Virus record (IMG/VR): IMGVR_UViG_3300033067_000707
Span: 1 to 44,121 of that record
DNA from: a virus
Taxonomy: Duplodnaviria > Caudoviricetes
Reading direction: 5' to 3' (one strand)
Length of the DNA stretch: 44,121 bases
In this document: positions 17,831 to 27,165 of the stretch, in pieces
How positions within the stretch are numbered: the first letter of the stretch is position 1
Layout: each line of letters begins with the position of its first letter
Translations under genes and position numbers: made by a program
Notes under the pieces: model-generated
What the model saw: the letters and a program-made list of their open reading frames with translations, nothing else
The model's database searches: none
What the model was told of the DNA's origin: nothing

Positions 17831-20800
17831 CGCTTGCCACCCAGCTTGAGGTTACCGTTGCGGGCTTCATTCTTGATCCACTTACGCAACGCCATGCCGT
17901 CCCGACGAAGCAGGCTCTCGAGGTTCGAGTCCTGGTTGTTATGGGTCGGCTGATAGTTGAAGTTGACGGAGTCACCACCATTGTTGACTTCGCTCCGAGC
18001 AGTCATGCCCGCGGCGGAAGCAGCGCCAAACATCGCGCCGGAGGATCCCGCCTTCAGCTGCTGACGCATCGGCTCAGCGATCCATGCGGGAAGGATCATT
18101 TCCTTCTTGTGGACCATGGCCAGCTGATCGCCCGGCACTTCATCCATACCGCCCTTAGCGGAGATAAGCGCACCGAACCCAAGCACAGCAGCGAGCGCGA
18201 GGGCAGCAGCCGCAGGCGCAGCAACGGGACCGATGAACGGAATGACCACAGTCGACTTGTATGCGCCAGCAGCAGCGACAGCCGCGTTGGTACCGATTTC
18301 GGTAGTACCCGCAGCGGCGGCAGCAGTCGTTTGCGTGGCAGCCCCGGTAACAGCAGCGGTCGTCTTGATGCCTTCAGCCGCCACAGCTGCCGCGGTCGTC
18401 GCGGTGGTGACAGTCTGCTTCACTGCCTCGGCGCCAGCGACAATGCCGGTCCGTGCAGTTTCACCACCCGCGACTACGGCAGTCTTGGCAGCCTGATGCG
18501 CGGTCTCCTGAACCAGCTCACCCGCGTCCATTGCCTTCTTCGCGGTCTTCATACCCATCCAGACCATCATCTGCTGGCCCGCAGCCTGGATCGCCATATC
18601 GACGACCTTGTAGACCATCTGGTCAGCGAGATTGATGAGCCCCTGCTGCAACGTCTGCGAACCCGTCCACAGGCCTTGGAAGGTCGAGGACAGGCCGGAC
18701 GTGAAGGTGTTGGTGATCGATGACCACTGCTGGAGCGTCTGCTGAGCGGCCTGTCGATTGATGTCCGCAACGCCTCGGGCATAGCCCGTCTGCATCGAGG
18801 TCATCCGTGAGAGGTGCTCAGCCTGCTCCGCTTCGATCTGCTGATTGATTTCAGCCTTGCGGTCAGCGCTCTGTCCCGGGAGGTTGAGCTCCTTGTTCAG
18901 ATAAGACAGTCGAAGCTGCCACATGGCCTCTTCATGCGCCTGCTGCTGGGCGTATTCATCCTGAAGCAGCTGAGCCTTGAAGACCAGCGCCTGCCGATCA
19001 CTGATGAGACCGTTCTGGGCAAGGAAGTCGATATTCGCTCCCTTGTTGTTCAGCTTCGCGTCCTCAGCCTCCTGCTCGGCGCGCTTGCGGGTCTCAGCAA
19101 TCTGCTCGGTAGTCCGGAGACGCTGAACGTCCCGGGCGAGGATCATCCGATTGTAGCGCTCGGTGATTTCGAGCTCGTGACGCTTGGCGTCTTCATACTC
19201 CTTCGACTGCTTGCCCCAGGCGCTCTCGACAATCGCGAGTCGAGCAGCCTCGTAGGTCCGGACCTTCTCGAGCTTCTGGTCCATCGTGAGCGCGTCGTCT
19301 TGGGCAAGAGCGGCCTCGTTCGTATCGATAGCCGCCATCGCTTCACGAGCAGCCTTCTGGGCGGCGGACTCGAGGTCACGCATACCCTCGGCTTCAGCCC
19401 GCAGCGTATCAATGGGAAAGATCCCCTTGCGAGGATCAACCGGTCGACCATTGATGCGGACTTCATAGTGCAGGTGAGGCTTGACGCCGCCGGTAGCACC
19501 CGACTTCGCAAACTCCTGACCCTTCTCGATGCGCTGACCCCGTTCGAGGCCCGACGTATCGGACAGGTGGAGGTAGCGAGTCGTTACGCCGGCCCCATGA
19601 CTCATGATGACATACTTGCCCATCGTCGGACTGTAGCCCACAGTCTCGATGGTGCCGACCTGGGGAGCCTTGACAGCCGTCCCTGTGGGAACAGCGATGT
19701 CGAGACCCGCGTGATTAACGGAGCCGCGAGTACCGTCAGCCTTCAGTGGTGCATTGCGCTTACCGAAGCTCGAGCTGATCGGGCCATTGGCAGGCATCGA
19801 GTATGCCGCCTGCTCTGCCTTAATCTCACGAGCATTCTCACGGTGAGCGGCGGCCTCCTTCTTGACGATGGCCTCATGCTTCTCGCGGGCCACTGTCAAG
19901 TCATTGAGCATCTTCTCATAAGCGCCGGCAACCCCGGCATTCTTACGATAGGTCTCCATGATCGCCTGCTGCTCATCATCATACCGCTTGTCTTCAGCGG
20001 TCTGAGCGGATCGAGCCTTGGCGACTTCGATGTTGCTTTCAGCGAGTCGGGCGTTCGAGGCAGCCAGCGCGTCCTGGGCGTCCTTCAATCCCCGACGGGC
20101 ACCCTTGACTTTGGCCTCCGAAGCAGCAAGCTGCGACCAGTATATCTCGCCGGATCCGCCGCGAGCCTGAAGATCCTGCTGTTCCTTGAGCGCCTGGTTC
20201 AGCTTCTTCTGTGCGGCCGTTACAGCATCAGTCGCTTCCTTGACCTGCTTCTGGGCATCAGCCTGCGACAGTCGAAGGTTCTCGGAGTCGACGTTGTTCT
20301 TCTCGCGAGCAGCCTTGACGTATTCCCAGGTGGCGGCAGTGACTTCACGCAGCGAGGAAACGCGACGCCACTCAGCATCGGTAACGTCCTTGGTCTTCTT
20401 CTCATTCTTGTCGTTGGCCGTCCACAGGAAGCCGAGGACCGTGACAGCGCCGAGGATCGCAGCGCCCCAGGGACCGGCGAAGAACGCAGCGACACGACCA
20501 GCGGTTCCGCCCATGGTCGACAACGCCGCCGCGGTCTGACCGCCCTGCTGAGCGAGGATCACCAGAGGATTGATGCCCGACGCATAGGACGCGACCACGT
20601 CCTGCATCTGATAACCGATCTGGACGTTCATGGCGTTCATCTGGCCCATCGAACGGACGTTGACGTCCATCTGTGCCTTCGCCTGACGTTGGATCTGGAT
20701 CCACTCACCCGTCTGCAGCTTGTTCTGCATCAGGAGCGCGGTGGCCTTCTGCATGGTATCATTGTAGCGCTGCTGAGCGGCAAACGTCGGATTGATCGAC

Positions 20801-21786
20801 GAGCGGATCTCCGCAAGAGCATCGGCCTCACGCTTTGCCGCGCGGGCGGCTTCCTCCGAAGCTCGGACGCTTTCCTTCTTGGCAGCAGTTACCTGCTTCT
20901 CCACAGCAGCCCGTTCCTTGGCCGCCGCCGTAGCTACCGCGGTTGCCTCACGAGCAGCCTGCATTTCTTCGCGATTGACCGCCTTTGCCACAGCAGCCTG
21001 TGCTTCGAGGATCGCGGTCTCCGCAGCCTTTCGCTGTTGAGCTGCAGCGACAGCCTCGGCGGCTGCTTCATCGACCAGCTGCTTCGCGGCACCATAGGTC
21101 TGCTTGTAGCTCGCGAGGATTTCCTGGTCGGCTTGATGCTCCGCGGTGAAGCGTTCGCGGGCAGCCTGCTTTGCAGCAGCCGCAGCGTCACGGATCATCG
21201 CCGTCTCAGCAGTCTTCGTTACCGACTGACCGCCGCTGCGCATCGCTTCGACGCGAGCAGCCGCAGCAGCCTTCGCAGCCGCCACAGCCTCGAGGACGTA
21301 TGCCTTCTCGGCGGTCTTGCGCTGTTCGAGTTCCTGACGAAGCGCGGCGGTGTTACGCTTCTCCTGTGCAAGCCAGCCGGCAGCAATCTGACGCTGCTGA
21401 TTAGCCGCAGCCTCGCGAGCCTTGACCTCTTCAAGAATCGCCTGCTTCTTCTCGAGCTCAGCCTGCTTGGCGACCGAGCTGTTCTTTTGGATAGCAGCGA
21501 TCTGACTTTCGTAAGCCTTCTTGACCAGATCGATGCCTCGGGCATACGACTCCTGGTCGACCTTGCCCTGCTTGAGCAGGCGGTCGTATTCGCTGAGGGC
21601 TTGGTTATACTTCTCCGTCGCTGCAAACGTGGGATCGATGGCCGACTTCAACCTACGGAAGGCTGCGTCGAGCTGCTTCGACTCATTGACCACAGAGCCG
21701 ACGGCGGAGACCGTCTTCTTTGCACCCGCCTCAGCCTGAGTCGGATTGATGCCAATGTTAATCTCGAGATTGTTGTCGTCGGCCAT
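17827..21786 (-). CDS. Tape measure protein with internal M23 peptidase domain
   Basis: 1319 aa, Ala-rich helical; QMQDV..ILAQQGGQ (TMP_2-like); HAGLDIA, YLHLS, HLHYEV. Confidence 0.92.
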   Translation of the reverse strand: MADDNNLEINIGINPTQAEAGAKKTVSAVGSVVNESKQLDAAFRRLKSAIDPTFAATEKYNQALSEYDRLLKQGKVDQESYARGIDLVKKAYESQIAAIQKNSSVAKQAELEKKQAILEEVKAREAAANQQRQIAAGWLAQEKRNTAALRQELEQRKTAEKAYVLEAVAAAKAAAAARVEAMRSGGQSVTKTAETAMIRDAAAAAKQAARERFTAEHQADQEILASYKQTYGAAKQLVDEAAAEAVAAAQQRKAAETAILEAQAAVAKAVNREEMQAAREATAVATAAAKERAAVEKQVTAAKKESVRASEEAARAAKREADALAEIRSSINPTFAAQQRYNDTMQKATALLMQNKLQTGEWIQIQRQAKAQMDVNVRSMGQMNAMNVQIGYQMQDVVASYASGINPLVILAQQGGQTAAALSTMGGTAGRVAAFFAGPWGAAILGAVTVLGFLWTANDKNEKKTKDVTDAEWRRVSSLREVTAATWEYVKAAREKNNVDSENLRLSQADAQKQVKEATDAVTAAQKKLNQALKEQQDLQARGGSGEIYWSQLAASEAKVKGARRGLKDAQDALAASNARLAESNIEVAKARSAQTAEDKRYDDEQQAIMETYRKNAGVAGAYEKMLNDLTVAREKHEAIVKKEAAAHRENAREIKAEQAAYSMPANGPISSSFGKRNAPLKADGTRGSVNHAGLDIAVPTGTAVKAPQVGTIETVGYSPTMGKYVIMSHGAGVTTRYLHLSDTSGLERGQRIEKGQEFAKSGATGGVKPHLHYEVRINGRPVDPRKGIFPIDTLRAEAEGMRDLESAAQKAAREAMAAIDTNEAALAQDDALTMDQKLEKVRTYEAARLAIVESAWGKQSKEYEDAKRHELEITERYNRMILARDVQRLRTTEQIAETRKRAEQEAEDAKLNNKGANIDFLAQNGLISDRQALVFKAQLLQDEYAQQQAHEEAMWQLRLSYLNKELNLPGQSADRKAEINQQIEAEQAEHLSRMTSMQTGYARGVADINRQAAQQTLQQWSSITNTFTSGLSSTFQGLWTGSQTLQQGLINLADQMVYKVVDMAIQAAGQQMMVWMGMKTAKKAMDAGELVQETAHQAAKTAVVAGGETARTGIVAGAEAVKQTVTTATTAAAVAAEGIKTTAAVTGAATQTTAAAAAGTTEIGTNAAVAAAGAYKSTVVIPFIGPVAAPAAAALALAAVLGFGALISAKGGMDEVPGDQLAMVHKKEMILPAWIAEPMRQQLKAGSSGAMFGAASAAGMTARSEVNNGGDSVNFNYQPTHNNQDSNLESLLRRDGMALRKWIKNEARNGNLKLGGKR

Positions 21787-22088
21787 CAGTTTATCATCCC
21801 ACCTGGACCAGCTAACTTCAAGAGTTCGTTCAAGTCACCCGTTCCCTTGGACTTGGACTTCCTCGGCTTAACCAAACCTAAGTAGCTGGCGACAGAGACG
21901 TAGACAGGAGGGCCATTCTCGGACCACCAAGCGACCATTGCTCGGTACTTCCGCATGGACCACTTCTTTCTTACTCCGTCCCAGCTTCCTCCTTCGCATC
22001 CGGCTGCGACAAGCTCGGCGATATATCCACTGCAGTCACCGGTGAAGAGCTCATCATTTCCGTCCCCAGTGCTGCCAACGCTTCCCCC
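21786..22088 (-). CDS. Tail assembly chaperone -1 frameshift extension (gpGT-like), not in the ORF track
   Basis: Slippery G GGG GAA at 22088-22082; the -1 frame is open to a TGA overlapping the tape measure ATG (..WWSENGPPVYVSVASYLG..). Confidence 0.8.
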   Translation of the reverse strand, partial: GGSVGSTGDGNDELFTGDCSGYIAELVAAGCEGGSWDGVRKKWSMRKYRAMVAWWSENGPPVYVSVASYLGLVKPRKSKSKGTGDLNELLKLAGPGGMIN

Positions 22089-22462
22089 GACGCGGGATCC
22101 TTCATTTCGAAGCCGGCTTCGGCGAGGACCTCGAACAGGCAGACCTTGACCATGCCGATCTCATTTGCCTTGAGTCGGCGCTTGAGCGTCTTGGTGAGCT
22201 CTTCGAAGATCGCGTCTTCAGTGCGGGGCCGAGGCAATCCTGTCTCAGCATCCTGCTCGTTGGCCTCAATACCAAAAGAGGCCGGATCGAAACCCGGTCC
22301 TTCCATGAGGCCTGCAGCGATAACGGATAGAGCAGCGGACGTCCCGTGCATCGGATGGACGGTCGTCATCGCCTGCTCGATGAAGGGCCATGCCCGTTCG
22401 ACCGCGATGAAGTTCATTTCCGGGATGGAGTACTCATTCCCGCCGATTGTGATCTTTGCCAT
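21971..22462 (-). CDS. Tail assembly chaperone (gpG-like)
   Basis: Between tail tube and tape measure genes; GGAGG RBS; contains slippery site. Confidence 0.8.
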   Translation of the reverse strand: MAKITIGGNEYSIPEMNFIAVERAWPFIEQAMTTVHPMHGTSAALSVIAAGLMEGPGFDPASFGIEANEQDAETGLPRPRTEDAIFEELTKTLKRRLKANEIGMVKVCLFEVLAEAGFEMKDPASGEALAALGTEMMSSSPVTAVDISPSLSQPDAKEEAGTE

Positions 22463-22489
22463 TGGTTGTCCCTCCGTTTGGCATTTGAA

Positions 22490-22541
22490 AGACTCCTGTG
22501 GGCGACACGATTGGGAGAGGACCGTTCATGCCGCCCACAGG
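22490..22541 (-). terminator. Hairpin after the major tail gene
   Basis: CCTGTGGGCGGCA...TGTCGCCCACAGG followed by a short T run. Confidence 0.45.
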
Positions 22542-22555
22542 GCTGTCAGCGAAGC

Positions 22556-23308
22556 TTACGCGCCGCCGCCAGTGATCGAGGTCGTGGTAATTCGACCGAT
22601 GCGATTTGCCGAGTCGGCCATAGCCTGCCCGGAGAGTTCTGCCACCAGGTAGTCATCCTGCTTGAGTGGCAGTGACAGCTTATCTGCCACGTTGCTGTAG
22701 AGCAGCATGGTGAACGTCTTGCTGTCGTAGACCTGCGACAAGACCAGCTGGAACTTCGGCGTCGAACCCATGAGCTGGTTGGAGATAGCCAACGAACCGC
22801 CGGTGGCCGCCGACTCATAGAGGTAGTTGAACAGCATGGCGGTGGACGCCTGGGCGACGTTGAAGGTGTAGACGCCGGCGGAGACCGAGTACTGACCCGC
22901 AGCGGGAGCACCCGACACCTGGGTAAGACCAACGCCCGTTGCTGCATTGTAGACCCCCAGATCCATGTAGAAGTCGGCCGCATGGGTGACGGTCACCGTA
23001 TAGGTGGACATCGCGGGAACCGTCCCCGTCTCATTGATAGCCTGCTTCAGCTCGTCATTGGAGGCCACAGTCTGGCCGAAGAAGATCGTATTGAAGGCGG
23101 TGATGTCGATGTTACCCGACGAAGCCTTCCATTCGATCTTGGTCTTGCCGCGGGCCGTGTCCAGTGCGAACTGGTACTGACCGAACAGCTGCTTGATGTC
23201 GCCCGAGAAATCGACCGACACGTCCTGCAGAGCACCGAAGCGAAGCGGGGCACCGCCGCCAACGGGCGTTGCAAAGAGCTGCCCGGTGCCGAACATATAC
23301 TGACTCAT
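22556..23308 (-). CDS. Major tail tube protein
   Basis: FGTGQLF..FGALQDVSVDFSGDIKQLFGQYQF pattern; synteny; strong codon bias. Confidence 0.8.
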   Translation of the reverse strand: MSQYMFGTGQLFATPVGGGAPLRFGALQDVSVDFSGDIKQLFGQYQFALDTARGKTKIEWKASSGNIDITAFNTIFFGQTVASNDELKQAINETGTVPAMSTYTVTVTHAADFYMDLGVYNAATGVGLTQVSGAPAAGQYSVSAGVYTFNVAQASTAMLFNYLYESAATGGSLAISNQLMGSTPKFQLVLSQVYDSKTFTMLLYSNVADKLSLPLKQDDYLVAELSGQAMADSANRIGRITTTSITGGGA

Positions 23309-23388
23309 TGTTCAAGCTCCTTACCTTACCCGACGGGACTATCCCGCTTTCACAGCCATAAAGGTTGGGTGTCGTGAAACCTTGTATA

Positions 23389-23865
23389 TTATGGGACCAA
23401 AAGTTTAATGGGAACGACCAGCATGCCTTGGCCATCAATGTCGCCGGGATCTTTGAAGATACGGCCACTGATGAAGCAGTGGTATACCAGTCCTCCCAAG
23501 GTGTTACGGCGATCATGAAAGCCCGGGTCTGCCGGCTTTGGTCGAATTGCTTGACGGATGCCACGGATGATGGCATTGTTCTCGCGCGCTGGCACCGCTT
23601 TGTCGTCACGGCCCACAGACTGGTATATGATCCAGTTCGCTTCGAGGATTGTTTTGTAGGGCAAGTTCGTCACCTGCCCCTCAGTCGTGCCATGCTCAGC
23701 CTGGAAGCATGCTGGCTGCTCCTCGGCACTCACGTCCGAGAACAACTTCACGCGGCGGCTCGACGTGACAAACCGGCGCGTATCAGTGATGGTATCGCCC
23801 GGGCTGGTCCAGCGGACTTCACCCACAATGGCGAACAGTGCCGCGAGGATTGCTTCTTCATCCAT
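23389..23865 (-). CDS. Tail terminator/completion protein
   Basis: Synteny; SRRVKL..QPA..TLGGLVYHC..DPGDIDGQ. Confidence 0.65.
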   Translation of the reverse strand: MDEEAILAALFAIVGEVRWTSPGDTITDTRRFVTSSRRVKLFSDVSAEEQPACFQAEHGTTEGQVTNLPYKTILEANWIIYQSVGRDDKAVPARENNAIIRGIRQAIRPKPADPGFHDRRNTLGGLVYHCFISGRIFKDPGDIDGQGMLVVPIKLLVP

Positions 23866-24373
23866 TGCCTGCGCCCTTCAGTCGAGTCTTGAGCTTCCGC
23901 ACAAGGTAGTAGTACAAGCCGTCAGTAATCTTCGGGCTGATTTCTCGGTAGGCGTCCCGCATGAAGTGCTTGGGTGCAATCGTGCCACCGGGGTGGAATA
24001 CCTTGGTCGCAAATACCTTGTCACCCGTTGCCGCCATGAAAGCCAGCACCTTGCCGTTCTCCGGGTAGATCATATGAGCGGGAGTGGTACCGCCCTTTTC
24101 CTGGATGCGGGCATAAGGGACGCCGGCGATATAGACGCTGCCGTTGATCTTCAAACCTTCTTCGAGGATCTCCACTTCAACGGAGTCCTCGAGTCGACCT
24201 GATACGCGGTTGAGGCGGTCAGCGATGTTGTCCTGCACAAGATCCCGCAGGCGATAGATCCACTCCTCGAACTTGTCCCGCAGGATCATCCTTATGTCAT
24301 CGGGGATGGCCTCGATGTCTTGAAGGAGCTTCCTGTGGCCAAAGAGCTCAACGGAGAGGAAGTCATCGCTCAT
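23858..24373 (-). CDS. Neck protein (HK97 gp10-like)
   Basis: SGRLEDS, PYARIQEKGG, HPG..PKHFMRDA. Confidence 0.7.
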   Translation of the reverse strand: MSDDFLSVELFGHRKLLQDIEAIPDDIRMILRDKFEEWIYRLRDLVQDNIADRLNRVSGRLEDSVEVEILEEGLKINGSVYIAGVPYARIQEKGGTTPAHMIYPENGKVLAFMAATGDKVFATKVFHPGGTIAPKHFMRDAYREISPKITDGLYYYLVRKLKTRLKGAGNG

Positions 24374-25185
24374 ACGGGGATCACGTTCCGGTAGGGCTGC
24401 AGCATCCCGCGGATAGAGTCGTTCATATCCTGACGGCTGTAGGAAATCGTTTCCTGACCACCCAGCGTCTTGGACAGCTGACCGATGCGTTCCTTGCGGC
24501 GGTACCATTCGCCGATCAGCTCGGTCACGCCTTGCGAGACGTCCCACGGTGCGTAGGAGTAAGACATGATCGCGGTCTTGCCCGAGTCGTCAGCCGAGAA
24601 GCTGTAGGTGCCCCACTCGTCAACGGCATACTCGCCGGCAGCGGGGGATCCCGTCACCAGCGTTGCAGCTACGTTATCAAGCGTCACCCCGAGGTCAGCA
24701 GTCCATTGACCGCCAGCAACGGGAGTCAACGTCACCACAGTCGGGAGCGGGTCGCCGGCAGCGTCGGGCACAAGCGAAGCCTGTGAGGTCTCGAAGCCCG
24801 CGCGATATATGATTTGGCAGGAAGTGCGGAACTCGAACTGATAACCATGCAGCTCGACAGCCTGAGGCGCCGAGCGGGGATCGTTCAAGGTGTAACCATC
24901 GGATGGCTTACCGCCCGTGCCGTAGGTCGAGGCAGGAACGATCTTGCCGTTGATGCCCACAGAGGTCACAGAGATAACCGGCCAGTTACGAAGCAGCTCG
25001 GAGACCTTGCCGTTGCCGTAGAAGTTCTGGGTGTAGTCCTGTGCAGCAAGACTATCACGGTTCATGTAGTTCAAGGCGAACTGAGAGGCTGCCTCGATCA
25101 CGCGGACAAGCTGAGCATCGCTCGCATCCGTCGTAATCCCAAGCCAGTCCTTGACCGCCTGAAGAGTAGTCAGCCTCTCAGTCAT
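24370..25185 (-). CDS. Head-tail adaptor (gp6/gp15-like) with inserted domain
   Basis: LTTLQAVKDWL..IEAAS..YRAGF..PWDVSQGVTELI..LQPYR. Confidence 0.8.
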   Translation of the reverse strand: MTERLTTLQAVKDWLGITTDASDAQLVRVIEAASQFALNYMNRDSLAAQDYTQNFYGNGKVSELLRNWPVISVTSVGINGKIVPASTYGTGGKPSDGYTLNDPRSAPQAVELHGYQFEFRTSCQIIYRAGFETSQASLVPDAAGDPLPTVVTLTPVAGGQWTADLGVTLDNVAATLVTGSPAAGEYAVDEWGTYSFSADDSGKTAIMSYSYAPWDVSQGVTELIGEWYRRKERIGQLSKTLGGQETISYSRQDMNDSIRGMLQPYRNVIPV

Positions 25186-25190
25186 TGCCC

Positions 25191-25481
25191 TTATTCCTCG
25201 ATCAGACGGCGAGCTTCAGCGCGCAGCTGCTTCTTGGTCATGCCGTCGGCGTCACCGCCGCGTTCTTCGATGAACTGGATCAGCTCGTCCTTATCCATCG
25301 CGTCCACGTCGATGTCGATTTCCTCGACGGGCTCGAAGTGTTCGGCGAAGCCGTGACGCTGCAGCGTCGGAATGTGGCCTTCATTGGCAACGATGATGAA
25401 GCCATCCTCGACTTCATAGGCGTGGCCTTCGATGTTGGCGGAAGTCGTGCCCTTCGGGGCCTTCATACGGATCTTGGTCAT
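25191..25481 (-). CDS. Small head-associated protein following the capsid gene
   Basis: N-terminal APKG..YEV.DG..L..HGF domain and C-terminal helix-extension-helix-like segment. Confidence 0.6.
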   Translation of the reverse strand: MTKIRMKAPKGTTSANIEGHAYEVEDGFIIVANEGHIPTLQRHGFAEHFEPVEEIDIDVDAMDKDELIQFIEERGGDADGMTKKQLRAEARRLIEE

Positions 25482-25512
25482 TGCATTGTCCCTCGCGCAA
25501 GAGAAGTGGAAA

Positions 25513-25550
25513 GGAATGGGTGAGAGCCTTGCGCGAGACTCCCACCCACC
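25513..25550 (-). terminator. Hairpin after the capsid gene
   Basis: GGGTGGGTGGGAGTCT..AGGCTCTCACCCATTC followed by a pyrimidine run. Confidence 0.45.
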
Positions 25551-25564
25551 CTTGCGACCCGGCT

Positions 25565-27076
25565 TTAGCCGATGTTGCAGATCACGCCCATGGCGGGCGG
25601 GAAGTAGTGCTGGAGCACTTCATCCGCGTAGACGCCATATTCGTACTTGCGGGTCCGCAGCGGCCACTCGATCTGGTAGTATTCCTGACGAGTGCGGACC
25701 TGGCGGACGTTGCCGACGCCCGAGACCGGGTAGGGGATGCTCTTCGAGTCGAAGAAGATCATACCCGCCGGCATGTTCGGGTGGATGCGAACCTTCAGGA
25801 TATTGGCGCCCGACATCGAGAACCGGTTCAGGTAGGTCGCAATCATGACGCCGCCCATCATCGCGCCCTGCTCGGGGTTGATGACCACGCGGTAGGCACC
25901 GGTGGACCCGCTCTGCAGGATCTTCTGGGAGATCGACAGGGCGAGGTCGGAGCTGACCCACATGGTGTCCGGCGACAGCTTGTAGTTGTCCCAGAACGAC
26001 TTCAGCGCGGCGTCCACCTCGACAATGCCACCCGCGTTGTCGGCAGTGATGCCGGCACCGTCGAGCGAGCGGTAGTACGAGTTGCTGCCCGAGCGCATGG
26101 CCTGGGTGAGCAGCCCGTCGAAGACGAGGTTGTTGGTCGAGTTGTCCGAAGACGGCAGGGTGCTGTAGGCCTGGGTGCCGGCACCGGCGTCGGTGGTCAG
26201 CACCGCGGTGTTCACCGTGGTGATCGCGCCGAGCGTCGAAGCAGCAGCCGAGGCACCCCAGAACCACGCATAGGCGACAGCGCCGCGGACGGCGGTAACC
26301 GTTGCGGTGATGGAACCCGTGGTACCCGTGGTGGCGACCGATGCCGCAGCCGACTTCTGGGCCGAACCGCCACCGTAGGTGTCAGTCGAGCCGTCCGCAT
26401 TGGTGCGGGTGATCGAAGTCGGGATGCCGCCGACGATGGAGGCATTGATGAAGCCCGCCAGGGTCAGAGCAACCACAGCCACGTACTTCGTGGTCGCGGT
26501 CATCGTGCCACCCGTGGTCGACGCGGAGAGCGACGGAGTCGGGGTGGTTCCCAGAGCGAGAGTGCCGTTGCCCGCGAGGAGCAGGGCTTCTTCACCAAGC
26601 ATCAGCGCTTCGAGACCGACCTTGGCAGCGAGGGCACGAATGTCCTCGAAGTTCTGGCCGGCGTACTGCGCTTCGAAGTCCACGTTGTCTTCGATGCCGA
26701 TGCCCTTGTAGGCAGCGGTATAGTCGGCAGTGGAGATCGCCATCACAGCGCCGCGGTTGCCCCCGGAAACGCCGATCTGGATGCCCGTGGTATTGATGCC
26801 GGTGACAGCGCGCCAGTTGGCCTGGATGCCGCCCTTGCCCGAAACGCGCGGGATCTCGTTGCGCAGCGGGGTCAGGACCGGATAGAGGAACTTCGCCCCC
26901 GCTTCCAGGTCGTAGTAGGTCAGACCCGAGGTGGCCGAACCCGACTGGGCGAAGGTGCTCTTGGCGAGCGCTTCCGGCATCGAGGGGTTGGCGATCTGCG
27001 GGGCAGTGGCGAGGGCCTTCATGAGGGCATCGAGCGAAGCACCCGCAACGAGGCCCTGTTCTTGGACGATAGACAT
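25565..27076 (-). CDS. Major capsid protein
   Basis: Follows protease/scaffold; YDLEAGAK.LYPVLTPLRN.IPR, KVRIHPNMPAG, YEYGVY; extreme codon bias. Confidence 0.85.
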   Translation of the reverse strand: MSIVQEQGLVAGASLDALMKALATAPQIANPSMPEALAKSTFAQSGSATSGLTYYDLEAGAKFLYPVLTPLRNEIPRVSGKGGIQANWRAVTGINTTGIQIGVSGGNRGAVMAISTADYTAAYKGIGIEDNVDFEAQYAGQNFEDIRALAAKVGLEALMLGEEALLLAGNGTLALGTTPTPSLSASTTGGTMTATTKYVAVVALTLAGFINASIVGGIPTSITRTNADGSTDTYGGGSAQKSAAASVATTGTTGSITATVTAVRGAVAYAWFWGASAAASTLGAITTVNTAVLTTDAGAGTQAYSTLPSSDNSTNNLVFDGLLTQAMRSGSNSYYRSLDGAGITADNAGGIVEVDAALKSFWDNYKLSPDTMWVSSDLALSISQKILQSGSTGAYRVVINPEQGAMMGGVMIATYLNRFSMSGANILKVRIHPNMPAGMIFFDSKSIPYPVSGVGNVRQVRTRQEYYQIEWPLRTRKYEYGVYADEVLQHYFPPAMGVICNIG

Positions 27077-27103
27077 AGTAATAACCTCTTTCTTAGGTTG
27101 GCG

Positions 27104-27128
27104 AAAAACCTCATCGTCCCCGATGAGG
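27104..27128 (-). terminator. Terminator-like hairpin in the capsid gene leader
   Basis: CCTCATCG-GGGA-CGATGAGG-TTTTT. Confidence 0.6.
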
Positions 27129-27165
27129 GCAGTTTAGGCTTCCGTCCCCGGTCGCCTCGTTGCAA

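Noticed and set aside
18814-21885. 1023-aa + strand ORF antisense to the tape measure gene
   Set aside because: Shadow ORF expected from GC-rich codon bias; Leu/Arg/Ser-rich with no recognisable motifs
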